Source: an uncultured delta proteobacterium (GTDB lineage: Bacteria; Myxococcota; Myxococcia; SLRQ01). Taken from it: a stretch of 64,000 bases of DNA. The stretch is from the NCBI GenBank assembly GCA_963727485.1, contig CAVSGM010000002.1, positions 288,001 to 352,000 on the forward strand. The letters run 5' to 3'. Positions within the stretch are counted from its first letter, which is position 1. The number at the start of each line of letters is the position of its first letter. Made by a program: the position numbers and the translations under genes. Positions 1 through 9,059 of this stretch are shown here, one piece after another. Under the pieces are notes generated by a model that searched no databases, had not been told where the DNA came from, and saw only the letters and a program-made list of their open reading frames with translations.

Positions 1-2465
1 TCGGAGGCTACGGCCGCAGCGAGCTCGCCCCGCACTCCGACGTCGACCTCCTCTTCCTCCACGGTGGGGCCGGGCCCCCGGATCGGTCGGTCACCCGCGC
101 CGCCGAGGCCATCCTCTACCTCCTGTGGGACACGGGCCTCGACGTGGGGCACGCGGTGCGCAGCACCGCCGAGTGCCTCGAGATCGCCGAGGCGGACCAC
201 ACCGCCCGGACCGCCCTGATCGACTGCCGGCTCGTCGCCGGCGACGTCCCCCTCTACCGGGACTTCGAGTCGGCGATGCTCGGCCAGATCCACAGCCAGC
301 GGGTCGAGGGCTTCATCCGGGACAAGGCCGGGGAGTGGCAGGCCCGCCACGACCGCTTCGGGGACACGGTCTATCGCCTCGAGCCCGACGTGAAGCACGG
401 CGAGGGGGGCCTGCGCGACCTCCACTCCGCCCTCTGGATCGCCCGGGCCTGCTACCACGTCGCCGGCCTCTCGGACCTCGGGCGCCGGATGCTCCTGCCC
501 CCGCGCGAGGTCGCCGAGGTCCGGGCGGCCCGGGACTTCCTCTGGCGGGTGCGCAGCGGTCTCCACTACCGGGCCGGGCGCCAGGAGGACCACCTCACCT
601 TCGACGCCCAGGAGGAGCTCGCCCGGGCGCTCGGCTACCAGGACACCGGCGGCGAGCTGGGCGTGGAGCGGTTCATGCGCGCCTACTACCTCTCGGCGCG
701 GACCGTGCTCCGGGTCAGCCGCCACATCATCGAGCGCTGCACCGAGGAGCGCCGCGCCGGTCCCTTCACCCCGGCGAGCCGCCGGGTGGTGGCGCCGGGG
801 TTCGTGGTGTTCCAGGGACGCCTCACCGTCGAGGACCGCGGGCGCCTCGAGGCCGATCCGGCGGCCCTGGTCGCGGTCTTCGGCGTCGCCGACCGGGAGG
901 GGCTGCCGCTCCACAGCTTCACCCGGGACCTGGTCCGGGAGGCCGCGGCGGGCCTCGACGGCGCCGGGCGGTCCGACCCCCGGGTGGCGGCGGCGTTCCG
1001 GTCGCTCTTCGAGCGCGAGGGCACCCGCGGCGCCTTTCTCCACCTGATGCACGAGACCGGGGTCCTCGGCGCCCTGGTCCCCGAGTTCGGGCGCCAGACC
1101 GGCCTCTGGCAGCACGACCTCTACCACACGTACACCGTGGACGTGCACAGCCTCTTCGCGGTGCAGCGCCTGATGAAGCTGCGTGCCGGCGACCTCCCGG
1201 ATCCGGTGTTCACCCCCAGGATGCAGGCCCTCGAGCGCCCCTACGCCCTCTACCTCGGGACCTGGTTCCACGACATCGGCAAGGGCCTCGGCGGCGGCCA
1301 CGCCGACAAGGGCGCGGCGATGATCCCGGAGATCGCCCGGCGCCTCCACCTCTCGGACGAGGAGGCCGACGAGGTGGGCTTCCTGGTGCGCACCCACCTG
1401 CGGATGAGCCACATCTCCCAGCGCCGGGACCTCGCCGACCCCGAGCTCGTCACCGCCTTCGCCGACGAGGTGGGCTCCCTGCGCCGGCTGACCATGCTCT
1501 ACCTGCTCACCTTCGCCGACGTGGGGACCACCGGGGAGAACACCTGGACCGACTGGAAGGCGATGCTCCTCACCGAGCTCTACGAAAAGACCCGCGCGGT
1601 CCTCGAGGACCGGGCCGCGGGCAGGGAGCAGGCCCCGCCGGCGGTGGAGGAGCGGGCCCGGGAGGGCGCCGAGACCCTGGAGGCGCGCCTGGTCGCCGGG
1701 TATCCCCGGGAGGTGGTCGACCAGTTCGTGGGCCGGCTCCCGGAGCGCTACCTCGCCACCGTGCCGCCGGAGAAGGCGGCCAGCCACCTGGCGCTGCTCG
1801 ATCGACAGGCCCGCAAGGGCCCGGTGGTGGCCCGGCGGATCCACCACCCGAAGAAGGGCTACACCGAGCTCACCGTCGCCGCCCCCGACCGGCCCGGTCT
1901 CCTCGCCGACCTCACCGGGGCCCTCTCGGCGGGGCGGGTGGACATCCTCGGCGCCGAGATCTTCTCCCTGGACGACGGGCGCATCCTCGACGTGTTCCTG
2001 GTGCGGGATCGCCGCGGGGGGATCCTGCGCTCCGGCTGGGACGCCCTACGCCGGGAGGTGACCAAGGCGGCGCTCACCCCGGGGTACGGCGGGGAGCTGG
2101 TGGCCCGGCGCCTGCGGCCGGGGACCCTCAAGCCCCGGCCGGCGCCCGCGGTCCCGGTGAAGGTGCAGGTGGACAACGCCGCCAGCGCCGCCGAGACCGT
2201 GGTCGACGTGTTCGCCCGGGACCGCCGGGGGCTCCTCCACACGATCACCCGGACCCTCCACGAGCTGGGGCTCCAGGTGGTGCTGGCCCGGGTGGCCACC
2301 GAGGCCCACCGGGCCACCGACGCCTTCTACGTGACCGGGCCCGAGGGCGGCAAGGTCACGGATCCCAAGGTCCTGGGCGCCCTCGAGCACGCCCTCACCG
2401 AAGCCATCGAGGCCGACGACCGTCGGGCCGGCGACGCGCCCGCGCCCCCACCGCCGGGGTCGTGA
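1..2465 (+). CDS. glnD: PII uridylyltransferase/uridylyl-removing enzyme (5' truncated)
   Basis: Frame open from base 3: GGYGRSELAPHSDVDL NTase motif, KHGEGGLRD, HTYTVDVHS, HD motif WFHDIGKG, two C-terminal ACT domains (DRPGLLA, DRRGLLH). Confidence 0.97.
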   Translation, partial: GGYGRSELAPHSDVDLLFLHGGAGPPDRSVTRAAEAILYLLWDTGLDVGHAVRSTAECLEIAEADHTARTALIDCRLVAGDVPLYRDFESAMLGQIHSQRVEGFIRDKAGEWQARHDRFGDTVYRLEPDVKHGEGGLRDLHSALWIARACYHVAGLSDLGRRMLLPPREVAEVRAARDFLWRVRSGLHYRAGRQEDHLTFDAQEELARALGYQDTGGELGVERFMRAYYLSARTVLRVSRHIIERCTEERRAGPFTPASRRVVAPGFVVFQGRLTVEDRGRLEADPAALVAVFGVADREGLPLHSFTRDLVREAAAGLDGAGRSDPRVAAAFRSLFEREGTRGAFLHLMHETGVLGALVPEFGRQTGLWQHDLYHTYTVDVHSLFAVQRLMKLRAGDLPDPVFTPRMQALERPYALYLGTWFHDIGKGLGGGHADKGAAMIPEIARRLHLSDEEADEVGFLVRTHLRMSHISQRRDLADPELVTAFADEVGSLRRLTMLYLLTFADVGTTGENTWTDWKAMLLTELYEKTRAVLEDRAAGREQAPPAVEERAREGAETLEARLVAGYPREVVDQFVGRLPERYLATVPPEKAASHLALLDRQARKGPVVARRIHHPKKGYTELTVAAPDRPGLLADLTGALSAGRVDILGAEIFSLDDGRILDVFLVRDRRGGILRSGWDALRREVTKAALTPGYGGELVARRLRPGTLKPRPAPAVPVKVQVDNAASAAETVVDVFARDRRGLLHTITRTLHELGLQVVLARVATEAHRATDAFYVTGPEGGKVTDPKVLGALEHALTEAIEADDRRAGDAPAPPPPGS

Positions 2466-2478
2466 TAGCCTCCGGCCC

Positions 2479-3294
2479 ATGGGACTGCTGGACAAGCTCT
2501 TGGGGAAGCGGGGTCTGGAGGATCAGTACTTCGACGCCCTCGCGGCGCTGGGGGAGCTGGCGGTGCGCTACCCCCCGCGGGGCCTCCGGTTGCGGAACCT
2601 GTCGGCGGTCCGCAAGGCCCAGGAGGCCCTGCGCAACCGCCAGCTCGAGCTCCAGCTCATCGAGCAGTCCATGGAGGAGGAGGAGGCCCAGGCCGCCACC
2701 CTCACCGAGCAGGAGAACGCCGAGCGACCCGAGCTCCAGGCGCTCGTCGATGCGAACCGCGGGTCGGTGATCAACATCGAGAAGAACATCACCGCCCTCA
2801 AGAAGACGCTCATCGCCCGCGAGACCAACATGAAGTACTTCGACCGCCAGCTCGAGGCCCAGGAGGACAAGGTCGAGAAGCTCCACGAGACCGGCGAGTT
2901 CGAGGCCGAGGGCGCCGAGCGCGAGATCCTCAAGAAGGTCCGCCTCGACCACATGCGGCAGACCAGCGAGCTGGCGAACATCAAGGAGCAGATCGAGGCC
3001 TTCCTCAAGGGCGAGGGCCGGGGCGGGGAGGCCATGCGGGCCAAGCTCCGCATCGAGGAGATCGAGCGGGCCCAGGGCCGGCGCGACGACGACCTCAAGG
3101 AAGCCCTCGGGGCCCTCGACGCCCAGGCGGTGGCCAAGGAGGAGGAGATCGCCCGGACCGAGGAGGCCCTCGCCGAGGCCCTGGCCATGGTCGGCGAGGA
3201 GATCTACGCCGCCCGGATCGCCGATCCCCGCTACCAGCAGCGCTTCGCCGAGATCGACCCCATCGCCCAGGCCCTGGCCGGCAAGGCCCGGTGA
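2479..3294 (+). CDS. hypothetical coiled-coil protein
   Basis: 271-aa E/K/A-rich helical ORF with high-GC3 codon pattern; TAGCCT -10 box 7 nt upstream. Confidence 0.8.
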   Translation: MGLLDKLLGKRGLEDQYFDALAALGELAVRYPPRGLRLRNLSAVRKAQEALRNRQLELQLIEQSMEEEEAQAATLTEQENAERPELQALVDANRGSVINIEKNITALKKTLIARETNMKYFDRQLEAQEDKVEKLHETGEFEAEGAEREILKKVRLDHMRQTSELANIKEQIEAFLKGEGRGGEAMRAKLRIEEIERAQGRRDDDLKEALGALDAQAVAKEEEIARTEEALAEALAMVGEEIYAARIADPRYQQRFAEIDPIAQALAGKAR

Positions 3295-3521
3295 TCCCCC
3301 AGGGGGGCGGGAAAAGACCCCGTCGGGCCAGGGATTTCGTCGGCCCCAAGCAGGTAGGGCGCTTGACCACCCCCGGCTCCCTGGGCTAATGGTCCGAGGT
3401 TCCGGTCGGGTCCCGTTTCGGGTTCCGAGCGGCTTCCGGACATATTCCCAACCCGGGCCCGGTGGGCCCACGCGATGACGGCCACGGCAACCGCCGGGTG
3501 AACGGTCGCGAGGAGACGAAG

Positions 3522-4181
3522 ATGAACAAGGGCATCCTTGGACGCAAGGTGGGCATGACGCAGATCTTCGAGACCGACGGCACCCGGGTGCCGGTGACGG
3601 TCCTCGAGGTCACCCCCAACGTGGTGGTGGCCCTGCGCACCCTGGAGACCGACGGCTACACCGCCGTCCAGATCGGCTTCGGGACCCGCAAGGACAAGCA
3701 CACCACCAAGCCCCAGGCCGGCCACTTCAAGAAGGCCGGAGTGGCGCCCATGGCGGTCCTCAAGGAGCTGCGCCTCGACGCCTCCGAGCTCGAGGGCGTG
3801 AGCGTCGGCGACCAGGTCGACGCCGGCATCTTCGAGAAGGGGATGCGCATCGACGTCACCGCCACCACCAAGGGCAAGGGCTTCCAGGGCGTCATGCGCC
3901 GCCACCACATGAAGGGCATGCGCGCCACCCACGGCACCCACGAGAAGCGCCGGAACCCCGGGTCCATCGGCAACCGCAAGACGCCCGGTCGTACCTTCAA
4001 GAACAAGCGCCTTCCCGGCCACATGGGCCACCTGAAGGTCACCACCCAGAACCTCACCGTCGCCGGGGTCGACACCGGGAACAACCTCCTCCTCGTCCGG
4101 GGCACCGTGCCCGGGGCCAAGGGGGCCGTGGTCCTCGTGCGCCCGGCGGTGAAGGGGCAGAAGAAGGCCACCGCGGCGTGA
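3522..4181 (+). CDS. rplC: 50S ribosomal protein L3
   Basis: GILGRKVGMTQIF, PVTVLE, DGYTAVQIG, KGKGFQG, PGHMG; SD AGGAG at 3511. Confidence 0.98.
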   Translation: MNKGILGRKVGMTQIFETDGTRVPVTVLEVTPNVVVALRTLETDGYTAVQIGFGTRKDKHTTKPQAGHFKKAGVAPMAVLKELRLDASELEGVSVGDQVDAGIFEKGMRIDVTATTKGKGFQGVMRRHHMKGMRATHGTHEKRRNPGSIGNRKTPGRTFKNKRLPGHMGHLKVTTQNLTVAGVDTGNNLLLVRGTVPGAKGAVVLVRPAVKGQKKATAA

Positions 4182-4215
4182 GGTCGCGGTCGCCCGAGCC
4201 GACCCGGGAGGGGAG

Positions 4216-5937
4216 ATGATGCTGCGGCGGACCGCGTTGGCGGCCCTGGTCTTCGGAGTCCTGCTGGCCGCCGGCTGCGGCGGTCAGCAGCAGCAGCGCA
4301 AGCTCCTCCTCGGCGAGTCCTGCGCCTCGGCGAAGGACAGCGACTGCGGCTCGGGTCTCTGCCTGCGCCTCGACTCCAAGACGGCCTACTGCACCCAGGC
4401 CTGCGACGCCACCAAGCAGGACTGCCCCCAGGGGCTGATCTGCCAGAACACGGCGAACCCCGCGGGCGACCACTGCGTGCTCCGCAAGGCCGGCGCCGGG
4501 GTCTGCGCCTCGGACAACGACTGCCCCTCGGGCTTCAAGTGCGACGTGCAGCAGGGGCAGGGGACCGGGGTCTGCTACATCCCGGTGAGCCGCGGCCTCT
4601 GCGCCCCCTGCCAGAGCTCGCTCCAGTGCCCCACCGGCGGCGAGTGCTTCAAGACCAGCGTCGGCGAGCAGTTCTGCACCCAGGCCTGTGACGCCAGCGG
4701 CGCCTGCCCCACGGGCTACGACTGCACCGACCTCGGGGACGGGAACGGGAAGCAGTGCGTCCCCCACGCGAAGACCTGCTCCGGGGGCAAGCCCCTGTGC
4801 TCGTCGTGCCGCGGCGACGCCGAGTGCGGCGGCTACCTCGACCTCTGCGTCCAGAACCTCCTCACCGGCGAGAAGTTCTGCGGCACCGACTGCAAGAACG
4901 ACCCCACCGCCTGCCCCACGAACTTCACCTGTGAAGACCTCTCGGGCAGCGGCGACGGGCCGTTCCAGTGCGTGCCCAACTCCACCACCTGTCAGGACTA
5001 CTGCGACGCCGACCCCACGGACATCCCGGCCTCGGAGGCCCAGTGCGGCTTCGGGCGGATGTGCGACAACCACACCTGCGTCGCCGCCGACGACGGCCGC
5101 CTCTGCGCCCCCTGCGCCAACGACGACCAGTGCCGCCGCACCGCCGCGGACGCCGGGAACCTCTGCATCCGCAACACCCAGAGCAACGAGACCTTCTGCG
5201 GCCGGGACTGCACCAACGCCACCTGTCCCCTGGGGTTCTCCTGCATCCCGGTCACCGCCGGCGGCACCCCCCACAAGCAGTGCGTCCCCACCCGGGGCAC
5301 CTGCACCGCCGGGACCGGCCGCCTCGGGGACGACTGCAGCCGGAACGGGGCCGGCGACTGCCTCACCGGCCTCTGCCTCGACTACGGGCAGGTGAAGCTC
5401 TGCTCGGCCTCGTGCACCTCCAACGCCGACTGCAGCGCCGCCGGCGTGGGGTACGGGTGCTGCAGCCTCTCCGCCGACGGCAGCCACTTCGACTGCTCGA
5501 CCCCTCCGAGCGGTGGGGCCTCCGGGGTCTGCGCCCCCACCGGCGGCAACTTCGGCGACGACTGCACCCCCGGCCAGCCCCCGTGCCACAGCGGCATGTG
5601 CCTCGACATCGGCACCGCCCGGCTCTGCACCCAGAGCTGCCAGCAGGACAGCGACTGCCCCCAGAGCTTCCACTGTGAGGGCGGCCAGGACACGGCCACC
5701 GGCGACTCGGTGAACATCTGCTTCCCCGCCGGGGGGGGCGGCCAGGGCGCCGACTGCACCTTCGGGCCGGCGGCCTGCGCCTCCCGGCTCTGCATCAAGA
5801 GCGGGGCCCAGAACATCTGCACCGTCCCCTGCAAGAGCTCGAGCGACTGCAGCGACGGGTGGACCTGCGATCCCAACGCCAACACGGTGGACAAGAAGCA
5901 GATCTCGGTCTGCGTGCCGCCGCAGCTCGCACCTTAG
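4216..5937 (+). CDS. cysteine-rich repeat lipoprotein (73 Cys)
   Basis: Lipobox LAAG-C; repeated 8-Cys, 10-Cys and 4-Cys modules. Confidence 0.9.
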   Translation: MMLRRTALAALVFGVLLAAGCGGQQQQRKLLLGESCASAKDSDCGSGLCLRLDSKTAYCTQACDATKQDCPQGLICQNTANPAGDHCVLRKAGAGVCASDNDCPSGFKCDVQQGQGTGVCYIPVSRGLCAPCQSSLQCPTGGECFKTSVGEQFCTQACDASGACPTGYDCTDLGDGNGKQCVPHAKTCSGGKPLCSSCRGDAECGGYLDLCVQNLLTGEKFCGTDCKNDPTACPTNFTCEDLSGSGDGPFQCVPNSTTCQDYCDADPTDIPASEAQCGFGRMCDNHTCVAADDGRLCAPCANDDQCRRTAADAGNLCIRNTQSNETFCGRDCTNATCPLGFSCIPVTAGGTPHKQCVPTRGTCTAGTGRLGDDCSRNGAGDCLTGLCLDYGQVKLCSASCTSNADCSAAGVGYGCCSLSADGSHFDCSTPPSGGASGVCAPTGGNFGDDCTPGQPPCHSGMCLDIGTARLCTQSCQQDSDCPQSFHCEGGQDTATGDSVNICFPAGGGGQGADCTFGPAACASRLCIKSGAQNICTVPCKSSSDCSDGWTCDPNANTVDKKQISVCVPPQLAP

Positions 5938-6007
5938 ACGTAGAGGTCGGTCGTTGCCGCACATCCGCCCACCGTGGTATCGAATCGTGCTCTACCGGAG
6001 GACCCCC

Positions 6008-7333
6008 ATGCCCAGGAATGCAAGCCAGCTTCGGGGGGTCGGCGTGCTGACGGCCCTTCTGGTCCTGGCCCTCGCCGGCGGCGTGGGGTGCGGGGACACC
6101 AAGCTCACCGCCTACCACGCGCCGTTCCAGGTGGTGGACGGGACGCCGGGCGTGGACCAGAGCCTGCCCAAGGTCGACAAGAACGTCCCCCAGGTCGACC
6201 CCGGCAACTTCGTCAACAACGCCCCGATCCAGGTCGACACCTTCTACCAGAAGACGGTGCGCAAGGTGGACATCCTCTGGGTGGTCGACAGCTCCGGGTC
6301 GATGCAGGACAAGCAGGCCAAGCTGGCGAACAACTTCCAGACCTTCATCCAGAACCTCTCCAGCGCCCAGCCGCCCGTGGACTACCACCTGGGCATCATC
6401 ACCGTCGACGCCACCCTCGAGGGTGGGGCGCTCCGCCCGATCAACGGCGATCCGGCCACCCGGTACATCAGCTGTGACGCCACCGGGACCTGCAACGTCG
6501 CCGACCCGGTGGCCGCCTTCGAGGCCACGGTGAAGGTCGGCACCGGCGGCAGCCCCATCGAGAAGGGGCTCCTCGCCGCCCACCTGGCCCTCACCGATCC
6601 CATGAAGTCGGGGACCAACGCCGGCTTCCTCCGGGACGACGCCGCCCTCTACGTGATCATCGTCTCCGACGAGGGCGACGCCTCCTGTGAGCCCCTGGTC
6701 GACTCCCCGTCGGGGTCCGACTGGACCAGCTGCCACTTCACGCCCTACTGCCACTGCGCCGCGGACGCGAGCCTCAAGTACGGCTCGGTGGCCTACTACA
6801 CCCGGTTCTTCGACGGTCTGAAGGGCTTCGGCAACAGCGACCTCACGGCGGTGGCGGCGATCGTCGGCACCGACCAGACCCCGGAGTCGGTGAACTACGG
6901 CGGGGCGTCGAGCTACAGCGTCATCGGCTGCAAGGACTCGAGCGGCGCCTTCGCCTACTACGCCCCGCGCTACGTGCAGGTGGCCAAGAACACCGGCGGC
7001 ATCACCGTCTCCATCTGCGACAACAACTACGGCAACGCCCTGGCGAAGCTCGGCTTCGCCGTCTCGGGGCAGCGCAGCGACTTCCCGCTCTCCCGCAGCC
7101 CGGTGGACCCGACCAAGTCGCCGATCACCGTCTACGTCCAGAGCGACCCCACCAACCCCGCGACCCGCAAGCAGGTGCCGCAGTCGACCACCGACGGCTG
7201 GACCTGGGTGAAGTGCGAGAGCACCAACTTCCTGAACGTCATCCGCTTCTCGGGCACCTGGGTCCCGCCGCCCCAGGCGCGGATCGAGGTGAAGTACCAG
7301 GTGGATCCGGCCGCCGGGAAGACCTGCCCTTGA
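6008..7333 (+). CDS. VWA (MIDAS) domain lipoprotein, putative adhesin
   Basis: Lipobox GVG-C; DILWVVDSSGSM (DxSxS), GFLRDDA..VIIVSDEGD; SD GGAGG before ATG 6008. Confidence 0.88.
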   Translation: MPRNASQLRGVGVLTALLVLALAGGVGCGDTKLTAYHAPFQVVDGTPGVDQSLPKVDKNVPQVDPGNFVNNAPIQVDTFYQKTVRKVDILWVVDSSGSMQDKQAKLANNFQTFIQNLSSAQPPVDYHLGIITVDATLEGGALRPINGDPATRYISCDATGTCNVADPVAAFEATVKVGTGGSPIEKGLLAAHLALTDPMKSGTNAGFLRDDAALYVIIVSDEGDASCEPLVDSPSGSDWTSCHFTPYCHCAADASLKYGSVAYYTRFFDGLKGFGNSDLTAVAAIVGTDQTPESVNYGGASSYSVIGCKDSSGAFAYYAPRYVQVAKNTGGITVSICDNNYGNALAKLGFAVSGQRSDFPLSRSPVDPTKSPITVYVQSDPTNPATRKQVPQSTTDGWTWVKCESTNFLNVIRFSGTWVPPPQARIEVKYQVDPAAGKTCP

Positions 7334-7437
7334 GGCCTGCGTAGCGCCGGTCGGCGGCGACCAGGCGGGCGGCCGGGATGGCCCGCCCTGGGAGCCGACA
7401 CGTCTCGCCCAGAGACATCACGGAGGAAGGCAACCCG

Positions 7438-8163
7438 ATGATCCGCAGAAGCACGCTTCCCATCCTGGTGCTCGTCGCCCTGGCGGCGACCCCCGCGTTC
7501 GCCGTGGGGCCGACCAGCGAGGTCGTCCAGGATCGCCTCTACACCTTCGGCGGGAAGTTCGACGTGGCCCTCCTCGCGGGGCTGTCGATCAACAACAAGC
7601 TCACCGACCAGTACGCCATCCTGGTGCAGCCGGCCTACCAGCTCACCGACGCCTGGGGCCTGCAGGTGGACGGCGGCTTCGTCCTCGCCCAGGAGAAGAC
7701 CCGGCTCACCGACCCCATCCGGGCCAACGTCTTCAACCTCGGCCTCCACGACGAGTTCAGCAACATGGGGACGATGCAGTGGATCGCCCAGGCGGGCATC
7801 CGCTGGTCGCCGGTCTACGGGAAGCTCTCGCTCCTCGCCGAGCTGCCCCTCCACCTCGGGGCCTTCATCTCCGCCGGCGGCGGGGTGGTGGGGGTCCAGA
7901 GGCGCTCGCTGGTCGACTGCAGCGCCGTCTCCCCCGACGGGAGCAAGGCGACCTGCAACGTCACCACCGGGGTGAAGCCGAGCCTGGGGATCGGGGTGGG
8001 GCTGCGCTTCTACGTCGCCCACGCCCTGGCCATCCGGGCCGAGCTCAAGGACTACGTCTTCCCCGACCAGTACCGCCTCGGCGTGGGCACCTCCAGCGAG
8101 CGCACGGTCAACGGGCTCACGGGCGTCCTGATGTTCATGGCCGGCGCCAGCCTCTACTTCTAG
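7438..8163 (+). CDS. outer-membrane beta-barrel protein, GltA/NfsA-like
   Basis: Signal peptide; WSPVYGKLSLL motif of myxobacterial Glt barrels; C-terminal Phe; first gene of A-H cluster. Confidence 0.85.
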   Translation: MIRRSTLPILVLVALAATPAFAVGPTSEVVQDRLYTFGGKFDVALLAGLSINNKLTDQYAILVQPAYQLTDAWGLQVDGGFVLAQEKTRLTDPIRANVFNLGLHDEFSNMGTMQWIAQAGIRWSPVYGKLSLLAELPLHLGAFISAGGGVVGVQRRSLVDCSAVSPDGSKATCNVTTGVKPSLGIGVGLRFYVAHALAIRAELKDYVFPDQYRLGVGTSSERTVNGLTGVLMFMAGASLYF

Positions 8164-8180
8164 CGAACACGGGATCGCAG

Positions 8181-9050
8181 ATGAACATCCGCCTCCAGCG
8201 CCTCCTCTGCCTCGGCCTCGTGCTCGCCGTCCTGGCCCCCTCGGTGGCCCGGGCCGACGGCGACCGCCGGGTCTACACCATCTCCCCCAACGAGCGGATC
8301 CACGTCATCCAGCGGAAGGTGGACCTGCTCAAGAACCGCCTCGAGCTGACGCTCTACCCGATCTCGGCGCAGCTCAACAGCCGGTGGACCCAGCACCTGG
8401 GCCTCGGGGTCGCCGGGGCCTGGTACTTCACCGAGACCTTCAGCCTCCAGGCCCTCTTCGGGGACAACCTCTACCTGGCCCAGGAGACCGCGCTCCAGAA
8501 CGAGCTGCGCCAGAAGGCCCAGGAGCAGCCCCCGAGCGCACCCTCCATCCTCACCCAGTGGTACGGGATGGTGTCGATGGAGATGTCGCCGATCTACGGC
8601 AAGATCGCCTACTACAAGCAGGCGCTGGTGCACTTCTCGCTCTTCCTCACGGTGGGCGCCGGGGTCGTCGACACCAAGGTCGAGATCCTCGGACCGCCGC
8701 CTCCGGGCGACGCCAGCGCCCGTGGGCCCATCTTCGCCTCTGCCGGCCTCCGGGGCGCCGGGCTGGTGGGCGCCGGGTTCCGGGTCCACCTCACCGACAA
8801 CCTGCTGCTCCGCCTCGAGGTCCGCGACCTGGTGTACGCGGCGCGGATCACCAAGCTGAACGGCTGCACCCGCGCCGACCTCAACGAGCTCTCCGGGGCC
8901 TCGCCCCAGGTCAGCAGCGGCTGCGACGTCGGGGCCTTCGACCAGAAGAACCTCACCACCGACGCCCAGCTCGCCCTCGGACGCACCGACGGCTCGAGCG
9001 ACACCATCAACCAGGTGAGCAGCTACATCGGCTTCTCCTACCTCTTCTAG
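8181..9050 (+). CDS. outer-membrane beta-barrel protein, GltB/NfsB-like
   Basis: Signal peptide; HVIQRK, SPIYGKIA, LEVRDLVY; ends GFSYLF. Confidence 0.85.
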   Translation: MNIRLQRLLCLGLVLAVLAPSVARADGDRRVYTISPNERIHVIQRKVDLLKNRLELTLYPISAQLNSRWTQHLGLGVAGAWYFTETFSLQALFGDNLYLAQETALQNELRQKAQEQPPSAPSILTQWYGMVSMEMSPIYGKIAYYKQALVHFSLFLTVGAGVVDTKVEILGPPPPGDASARGPIFASAGLRGAGLVGAGFRVHLTDNLLLRLEVRDLVYAARITKLNGCTRADLNELSGASPQVSSGCDVGAFDQKNLTTDAQLALGRTDGSSDTINQVSSYIGFSYLF

Positions 9051-9059
9051 GCCACCGCC

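Noticed and set aside
4216..5937. Multiheme cytochrome or RiPP precursor
   Set aside because: CxxC motifs are not followed by His and no modification enzymes are adjacent
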